From contig NW_026778903.1 in NCBI RefSeq assembly GCF_030144855.1, positions 310,001 through 374,000 of the forward strand: a DNA stretch of 64,000 bases. The letters run 5' to 3'. The stretch is from Hypanus sabinus. Taxonomy: Eukaryota. A program made the translations under genes and the position numbers. This document shows positions 62,644 through 64,000 of this stretch, piece by piece; position 1 is the stretch's first letter, and the number at the start of each line of letters is the position of its first letter. The notes below the pieces were generated by a model, which made no database searches, had not been told where the DNA came from, and was given only the letters and a program-made list of their open reading frames with translations.

Positions 62644-62889
62644 CCGATGTGTTGTAGACCTCACAATAGACAGTGTGAGGGATACCCTGGGTGTAGTTCA
62701 GGGTGACACCGCCAGCTACCACCCTGGCCTGGCTGGCGATCCGACAGTGGAGTTCGTTGCCTTTGCCTCTGGTGCAGTTATCCCGGAACTGTCGGAGGTT
62801 GTGAAGCCGCAGGATCTGGGACCTGGACATGGTGCAGGGACAGCTGAGGGAGATGGGTTTTTCAATGAACTTACAGGGGCCGTGATCAC
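62644..62889 (-). CDS. Receptor gene B, six-Cys ectodomain exon
   Basis: cggcag|246 nt|gtaagt; DHGPCKFIEKPISLSCPC..PHTVYCEVYNTS. Confidence 0.8.
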
Positions 62890-63206
62890 CTGCCGGGAGA
62901 GGAGTGTCAGGGTTAGTGGGTTCAGAGGGAGGTCATCCTCCCCTTCATAGAGTGGTTCCTCATACACTGCCCCATCACAGCCCCAGGGTCAGACAAACAA
63001 TGAATCTCTCCCTCCCCCTACCGTCTCATAATACCATACTGGAACCAGATACAAGGTGAAATTCCCTCTACAATGTCGCATCGCCCACTCCATGGGTCAG
63101 ATGAAATGCAGTTCCCTGCAGACTGTCCCATCACAGGGATCAGACACAGAATGATTCTCACTCAACCGTGGACACAGAATCTCCCTCTATGCTACGTTGT
63201 ACTTAC

Positions 63207-63253
63207 GAGCAGCAGATCCGACCGTGAACAACAACAGACAGATTGCGATGGAC
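63207..63253 (-). CDS. Receptor gene B, signal-peptide exon 2
   Basis: ctcctcag|47 nt|gtaagt; SIAICLLLFTVGSAA; first exon not found in window. Confidence 0.75.
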
Positions 63254-63419
63254 CTGAGGAGAAAGATAGGTCGAGGTGAGGAGTGAACTCTGCAGAATGT
63301 GATCCCACCTCAGACTAGAATTGTCAACAGCGGTCAGTTTAGTCATGAACAGCTGGAACTGTCCAGCCAGTAGCCTGATTTTAAATGTTCCTTTGGGATT
63401 GGATTTAATGGAAAATCAT

Positions 63420-63870
63420 GGCCAAATCGGGGTCAGTCAGGCTGTTCTTGTGTGGTGTCAGTTGCGTGATTTTGACTCGATTTTGTTTTTTGACAAGGTG
63501 GAGGGTGACTGATGGAGTATGGACAGTAGTTATTATCTACATGGATTTTAGCAAGGCCTTTGACAAAGTCCCTGATGGGAAGCTCATCCAGTTTAAGGGG
63601 CGCGGGATGGAGAGTGAATCGGCTGTTTGGATTTAGAACTGGCTTGCCTACATCAGACAGAAGGTAGTGGTTGAGGGGATGTGTTGTGACTGGACGTATT
63701 TGACCAGTGGTGTTGAGCAGGGATCCATACTGGGACCTCAGCTGAATGAAACTGGATGTATGGGTCAATATCCTTGGGGACGATGGTCGATGGAATCCAG
63801 TCCAGGCAAGTGTGCGTTATTGGGTGTTTGTGAGATCATATTTAAAGGACCAGTGCATGTTAATGGCCAG
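63420..63870 (+). mobile_element. Old CR1 RT fragment
   Basis: IYMDFSKAFDKVPDG; shared with duplicate at 24.4-24.8 kb. Confidence 0.75.
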
Positions 63871-64000
63871 ACCTTGCTGAAATCCGTGTCGGCAGCATCT
63901 GCGCACTCGCCCCCTATCGCGTGCGCTCACAGGCATTTCAAACGTGATCTCGCTGTGCAGAAACACCGGCTTTCTGCTTCTAGTCATTCCTTGTCAACGT

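Overview
Vertebrate genomic DNA, about two-thirds transposon and satellite derived. The repeat landscape (CR1, Penelope, Tx1, L1, a V-SINE-like element, a 52-bp satellite) suggests a cartilaginous fish; this is an inference. Most long ORFs in the track are repeat artefacts. Manual exon reconstruction gives: (1) exons 1-2 of PSMC4 on the minus strand at the left end; (2) a complete minus-strand receptor gene (leader 44057-44099, V 42709-43068, V 41048-41407, TM/tail 39900-40096) encoding two near-identical germline-joined VJ-type Ig domains (CD28H/TMIGD2-NKp30-like) and a Lys-containing TM; (3) two paralogous minus-strand type-I membrane protein genes (16341-21850 and 61197-63253) with a six-cysteine ectodomain I cannot assign to a family, a Thr/Ser/Pro stalk, a TM and a Cys-rich short tail; (4) up to four decayed V-exon relics. 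Together these look like a birth-and-death immune-receptor cluster beside PSMC4. Mobile elements include two clear and one probable twin-primed (5'-inverted) L1 insertions, solo LTRs with 4-bp TSDs, a hAT element with an 8-bp TSD and a nested LINE/LTR/L1 stack. A 146-N gap lies in intron 1 of the V receptor. Exon coordinates were counted by hand; TE boundaries are approximate unless a TSD is quoted.
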